From positions 325,937 to 389,936 of the forward strand of contig OY760505.1 in assembly GCA_963663545.1 (NCBI GenBank): a stretch of 64,000 nt of DNA, in the 5' to 3' direction. Source of the DNA: Candidatus Delongbacteria bacterium (GTDB lineage Bacteria > CAIWAD01). Of this stretch, positions 59,708 through 64,000 are shown piece after piece. The notes beneath the pieces were generated by a model. That model made no database searches. It was not told where the DNA came from and worked only from the letters and a program-made list of their open reading frames with translations. The position numbers and the translations under genes were made by a program. Position 1 is the first letter of the stretch, and each line of letters starts with the position of its first letter.

Positions 59708-59752
59708 CGATAGCGATCCGACTCCATTTGGAGTCGGCCTCGATACCGATTC
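59708..59752. repeat. Palindromic repeat element (GATAGCGATCCGACTCcatttgGAGTCGGCCTCGATACCGAT)
   Basis: Immediately after the stop of 59759..61363; family member. Confidence 0.65.
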
Positions 59753-59758
59753 TAAGAG

Positions 59759-61363
59759 TTACTTCAGCAGAACCATGCGACGGGTCTGGCTCAGGCCATC
59801 CGCCTCAAGGTGATACAAGTACACACCGCTGGCGAGCGCACTGGCATCAAAGCTCAGCTGATGCTCGCCGGCTTCAAGCAGACCCTTCCGAAGCACGGCC
59901 ACCGTCGCGCCGCTGAGGTCGTAGACGGTCAGCTTGACCTGCGAAACTGCGGGAAGCGTGAACGCAATGGTAGTGCTGGGATTGAAGGGATTCGGATAAT
60001 TTTGATGAAGCGAGAAGGTGCCAACCTGCTCATGGGCGTCGGCGGTCTGGTTGGTTGAATTGGGTGCGCCGGGAGTGCCGCCAAACACGTAGCTGGTGTA
60101 CCAGTTGTCGCCCTCGTTGTTGTCCAGTGCAGGATCCATCAACTCAAGGCTGGATCCATCGCCGTCGGCGGCTCCGCCGCCCCAGCCATCGCCGTAGGCC
60201 ACCAGGTCGATCTGCACGCCGCAGGCGTTCTGCAGCTCCACGCTCTCACCACCGTTGGAGAGATTGCCATCGTCCCACTGCAACGGCTCAAAGCCGTACC
60301 AGGCCGCAAAGGTGGTCGCGTTTTTGGCGATTACCAGATAGTCTTCGGCAGCGATGCTGCAGGTGTCGGCAAAAGTGAAGTCGATGCCCTGGGTGAAAGC
60401 CCAGCCCGCCAGACTGACCGCGTAGGTATTGGGATTGTAGAGCTCGATGAATTCGTAATCATCATCGTCACCCTGGTCGCCGCTGGGATTGAAGTGCAGC
60501 TCGTTGATCACGATCACTTCAGCCGCAGCGCAAACGGTGTAAGTGAAGCCGTACTCCGTGTGCATGCTGTTGCCCGAGTAAGCCGAGATTTCGTAATACA
60601 CTTCGGTGCCTGCGGGCTGTCCGGGAATGGTCGTGGACCAGACATTGTCGGCACCTTCGGTCATCCACAAGCTGTCGTAGTCATAGACGCCGGGAATGAG
60701 GTTGTAGGCCAGTGCCACGGAATCGATGCCAAGAGCACAAATGGCCGTGCAACTCACCTGCACCGCCTCGAACGCTGTAGGTTGAAGCGGATCCTGGCTG
60801 ATGCTGCTGATGAGGATCTCGTCACTGATCTCCTGATACACGGAGTTCTGCGCACCGGGAGTACCATCGTCCACCAGGGAGGCGGCCCAGTTCACACCCG
60901 CATTATTGTCGAAGATCGGGTTGATCAGCTCGCAGCTGGGGCCGTCGCCATCCGCCGCGCTGGGCCAGTCGTTGCCATCATCATAGGTGACGCTGTCCAG
61001 CAGCAGATCGTCGCCATCGTGTAGTTCAATGGTTTCGCCGCTGTTGTTGATTGCCTCTCCGGTATCCCACTGGATCACACCGCTGATGCCGTAGTAGGTC
61101 TCCACTTCGCTGGCGGTCTGCGCAAGAACCAGATAGCCATGCGCGCCTATTGTGGTGCCCGCAGGAATGACTCCTTCAACGCCGTTGGCCAGATAAGCCC
61201 CGCCAAGATCCACGGCAAAGTCAGCGGTGTTGTAGAGCTCGATGAACTCATAAAGAGCATCGTCGCCCTGGTCGGGATTGTAATGGATCTCGTTGATCAC
61301 GATGTCCGCCAGCGCTGCAGTGCAGAACAAGGACATCGAACAAAGCACGAGCAAGCTTTTCAT
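59759..61363 (-). CDS. Secreted protein with two lamin-tail (LTD) domains and T9SS sorting domain
   Basis: Signal peptide MKSLLVLCSMSLFCTAALA. DIVINEIHYNPDQGDDALYEFIELYN and VIVINELHFNPSGDQGDDDDYEFIELYN (LTD signature). Ends ...GVYLYHLEADGLSQTRRMVLLK. Confidence 0.7.
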   Translation of the reverse strand: MKSLLVLCSMSLFCTAALADIVINEIHYNPDQGDDALYEFIELYNTADFAVDLGGAYLANGVEGVIPAGTTIGAHGYLVLAQTASEVETYYGISGVIQWDTGEAINNSGETIELHDGDDLLLDSVTYDDGNDWPSAADGDGPSCELINPIFDNNAGVNWAASLVDDGTPGAQNSVYQEISDEILISSISQDPLQPTAFEAVQVSCTAICALGIDSVALAYNLIPGVYDYDSLWMTEGADNVWSTTIPGQPAGTEVYYEISAYSGNSMHTEYGFTYTVCAAAEVIVINELHFNPSGDQGDDDDYEFIELYNPNTYAVSLAGWAFTQGIDFTFADTCSIAAEDYLVIAKNATTFAAWYGFEPLQWDDGNLSNGGESVELQNACGVQIDLVAYGDGWGGGAADGDGSSLELMDPALDNNEGDNWYTSYVFGGTPGAPNSTNQTADAHEQVGTFSLHQNYPNPFNPSTTIAFTLPAVSQVKLTVYDLSGATVAVLRKGLLEAGEHQLSFDASALASGVYLYHLEADGLSQTRRMVLLK

Positions 61364-61719
61364 GGCTTCCCCTCATATGGTTAGTAGATGATTTGATCAC
61401 TCAGGTAACGCCTGATCCGGACAGAACTGGCGTTGGGCACAACGGAGGGTACCTTAGTATTGTTAGGCTAGTATGTCGAGTTAAAGCTAGTGCATGTGAA
61501 AATATCTGAAGACCCGAACAATGGACGAAAGTCACGTCCCGCTCCAGCCGAAGTCAGCCTGAGCGGGTTTAGCACATTGCCTCAAGTGGATCACAGGGGA
61601 AGAGTGCCAGCACTGCGAATCACGCTCATGTGACATATAAGAAAAGGCCGGATCGCGCCGGCCATTTCTTTTGTGTCACGATGATCATGCTAATGTGGCT
61701 TTTGGGATAGGCCACTCTC

Positions 61720-61762
61720 CGATACCGATCCGACTCTGAAGGAGTCGGCACCGATCCGGGTG
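61720..61762. repeat. Palindromic repeat element (GATACCGATCCGACTCtgaaggaGAGTCGGCACCGATCCG)
   Basis: Immediately after the stop of the FG-GAP gene; family member. Confidence 0.65.
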
Positions 61763-61796
61763 CAACGCAACCGGCAGCGATATCAATGAAGGGCGG

Positions 61797-64000
61797 TTAC
61801 TTGAGCAGCAGCACACGCTGCACTGCGCTTTGCTCCTCGCCCGCAAGATGCACCAGATAGAGACCGCTGGCCAGCGCGCTGCCATCAAAGCGCGCTTCGT
61901 GCTCACCAGCGAGGAACTGGCCCTCAGCCAGAGTCTGCACCAGGCGGCCCTGCAGGTCGTAGACCTTCAGGCTGAGCTCCTGAGTGCGCTCGGTGTCGAA
62001 ATTGATCACCGTGCTCGGGTTGAAGGGATTGGGAAATGCTGTTATCGCAAGACTGCCAGGTTGCGTGATACGAGGGTTGCTCACCCCGACATCTGACACG
62101 TTCTCCAACCATCCCAGATGCTGTCCCTGACTCGCACTGTACACGAGGTCGATCAAACCGTCGCCGTTGATATCACCCGGTTTCATGGCAATCCGATAGG
62201 GAAGGTTGCATACAATGGACTCTTCATAATCGCTTTCCGGAGTGTAGCAGTGTACGTACCAATACCTCATCGCAAGGACTTCAGCACGAGAATCGCCTGC
62301 CAGGTTTGCATAAACAACAGATTCGACCTCGCGATATGCGTGCTGTGGACCAAGGAAATGTACACCCCCAAAGCCGTTTCCGCTGTTAGTGTTCTCTATC
62401 CATTGAAAATTGTAGACTATTGTGTATTCAGGAATTACGTCCTTGGATATTAAAATGATATCAGGATCGCCATCGAGATCCAGGTCGTGTGTTCCAAAGT
62501 AGTGACAGTAGTATCCCCCTATCCCTACTGAAGAGGTCACTCCGCCATAAGACCCGGCTCCATCCTCGTTCAAATAGAGGCTCATATGACTACCCGAACA
62601 GAGAACCAGGTCATTATCATCATCCTGATCGAAGTCCACAAGTGCAGCGTAGTCAGCTCTTGGGACTTCGAAAAGCTCGATGTAGGCAGCAAATGTATCA
62701 GCCTGATCAACATGCGGATAGTACACCAGACGTTGCGAAGGTATCTGATACATGAGGACATCGGGCAGTTGATCGCCGTTTACATCACCACATGTGAGAT
62801 ACCTGACGGTCTCACCACCATCAAGGTATTGTACATTTTTCCGGTATTGCCCAGTACCCAAGTTCTGCAGCCAGTACACTTCGATCCCACTGCTTTGGCC
62901 GTAGGTGTAGTAATAATAGAAATAGTCCAGGTCGCCATCTTGGTCAAAATCCAGCACCTCGCCAGACAGGGGCACTGGTCCATGGGCATTTCGGTCAAGG
63001 AGGATCGCTGGGGAAAAAGCACCGGACGCGTCCTGATTCTCGTACCAGAAAACCCTGCCCTTGTTGGCGGCAATCAGGTCCAGATCTCCGTCCTCGTCGA
63101 CATCGAAGAGGTCGAACTCTGAGCACTCAGGGGCCGAGAAAGTCAGATCCGCCTGCCAGGTATATTGCGCGTCCACACAATTGTAGACCGTCACCATGCC
63201 CTCATTTGCAGCTACTGTGAGCAGCTCACAAGCGCCATCTCCCCACAGATCTGCAGCTTCTGCATAGGAAGCCAGCAGCACATCGTCCGCAACCACTTGA
63301 GCGGGTTGAAAACTACCCGCGGGAGTAGCGTTGGCGAACCAACTAACCGTATACTGATCCCCAGAAACCAAACAAACGTCGTAGTCGCCGTCCGCGTCCA
63401 GATCGCGCGCCAGCAAGTGCGAAAGCTGGCCCATTCCGGTCGCAATCGAGTGACTCTCTGAGAAGCCACCACTTCCATTGTTCTCGTACCAGAGAGCTTC
63501 TCCCGCTGTAGCATCGGCACACAGCAGATCCAGATCGCCGTCTGCATCCAGATCGGCGACGTCCAGCTCCGGGATGTAGGCCAACGCAGCACTGATCTCG
63601 TGGACAACCAGGAAACTCATCTCCCGGTTCTCGTACCAGAACAGCTGATCGGGACATGCGAGCAGCACGTCCGCGTCTCCGTCACCATCCAGGTCCACCA
63701 CATGGAGCGCGCTCACTGCCGAGTACTCTCCACCCACAAGCGTAGGCCCAACAAACGAACCCATGCCATTCACATTTTCATATAAGGACACAGTATCACT
63801 GAGCAGCAGCAGGTCCAGATCACCATCCTCGTCCAGATCAGCCAGTTCTACGCGCGAACCACCCGCGTCACTGAGAATCAAGTACCACAGTCCCTGTCCT
63901 TCTCCAGTGCCTAAGTTTGGATACCAACGCAATCCAGCTTGACCGGAAGAGACCGTTACAACGTCGGGATACTGGTCTCCATTCAAGTCGGCCACCTGCA
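61797..64000 (-). CDS. FG-GAP/VCBS repeat (integrin-alpha-like beta-propeller) protein with T9SS sorting domain; N-terminus beyond window end
   Basis: Repeated DxDxDGDxD calcium-binding FG-GAP motifs (DLDEDGDLDLLL, DLDGDGDADVLL, DVDEDGDLDLIA...). Ends ...GLYLVHLAGEEQSAVQRVLLLK. The ORF runs to the window edge. Confidence 0.7.
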   Translation of the reverse strand, partial: QVADLNGDQYPDVVTVSSGQAGLRWYPNLGTGEGQGLWYLILSDAGGSRVELADLDEDGDLDLLLLSDTVSLYENVNGMGSFVGPTLVGGEYSAVSALHVVDLDGDGDADVLLACPDQLFWYENREMSFLVVHEISAALAYIPELDVADLDADGDLDLLCADATAGEALWYENNGSGGFSESHSIATGMGQLSHLLARDLDADGDYDVCLVSGDQYTVSWFANATPAGSFQPAQVVADDVLLASYAEAADLWGDGACELLTVAANEGMVTVYNCVDAQYTWQADLTFSAPECSEFDLFDVDEDGDLDLIAANKGRVFWYENQDASGAFSPAILLDRNAHGPVPLSGEVLDFDQDGDLDYFYYYYTYGQSSGIEVYWLQNLGTGQYRKNVQYLDGGETVRYLTCGDVNGDQLPDVLMYQIPSQRLVYYPHVDQADTFAAYIELFEVPRADYAALVDFDQDDDNDLVLCSGSHMSLYLNEDGAGSYGGVTSSVGIGGYYCHYFGTHDLDLDGDPDIILISKDVIPEYTIVYNFQWIENTNSGNGFGGVHFLGPQHAYREVESVVYANLAGDSRAEVLAMRYWYVHCYTPESDYEESIVCNLPYRIAMKPGDINGDGLIDLVYSASQGQHLGWLENVSDVGVSNPRITQPGSLAITAFPNPFNPSTVINFDTERTQELSLKVYDLQGRLVQTLAEGQFLAGEHEARFDGSALASGLYLVHLAGEEQSAVQRVLLLK

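Overview
This is a GC-rich (~60%) 64-kb bacterial window, probably from the FCB superphylum. Almost every large secreted protein ends in a T9SS C-terminal sorting domain (…KVLLLK/KITLLK/RLLLLK), and there is a complete Bat operon (moxR-DUF58-batA-batB/C-batD-batE). A tandem array of sulfatase-modifying (FGE/SUMF1) domain proteins is present.

Housekeeping genes are tgt, trpF, rpsA, a MtaB-like methylthiotransferase and a beta-class DNA methyltransferase. No rRNA, tRNA, CRISPR array or transposase was found.

The accessory content is striking and highly paralogous:
(i) Two ~1,390-aa paralogous giant proteins with a gingipain/C25-like core (1-8675).
(ii) A two-unit tandem segmental duplication of a pair of parallel-beta-helix T9SS proteins (9.7-21.4 kb). 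Each unit is bounded by ~100-bp direct repeats derived from the 3' end of tgt, and the copies differ only by swapped internal cassettes.
(iii) A ~17-kb tandem array (37.9-54.8 kb) of nine secreted FGE/SUMF1-domain paralogs plus two pseudogenic copies. Four of them are preceded in an operon by a near-identical small Ig-like protein with a T9SS sorting domain. Identity is mosaic across the array, consistent with gene conversion.
(iv) A genome-wide-looking over-represented heptamer, YGTATCAC, seen at least ~45 times against ~5 expected.
(v) A family of short palindromic GANTC-containing repeat elements at gene 3' ends.

The FGE-array with its coupled small T9SS partners is the best candidate for an undescribed cell-surface diversification system.
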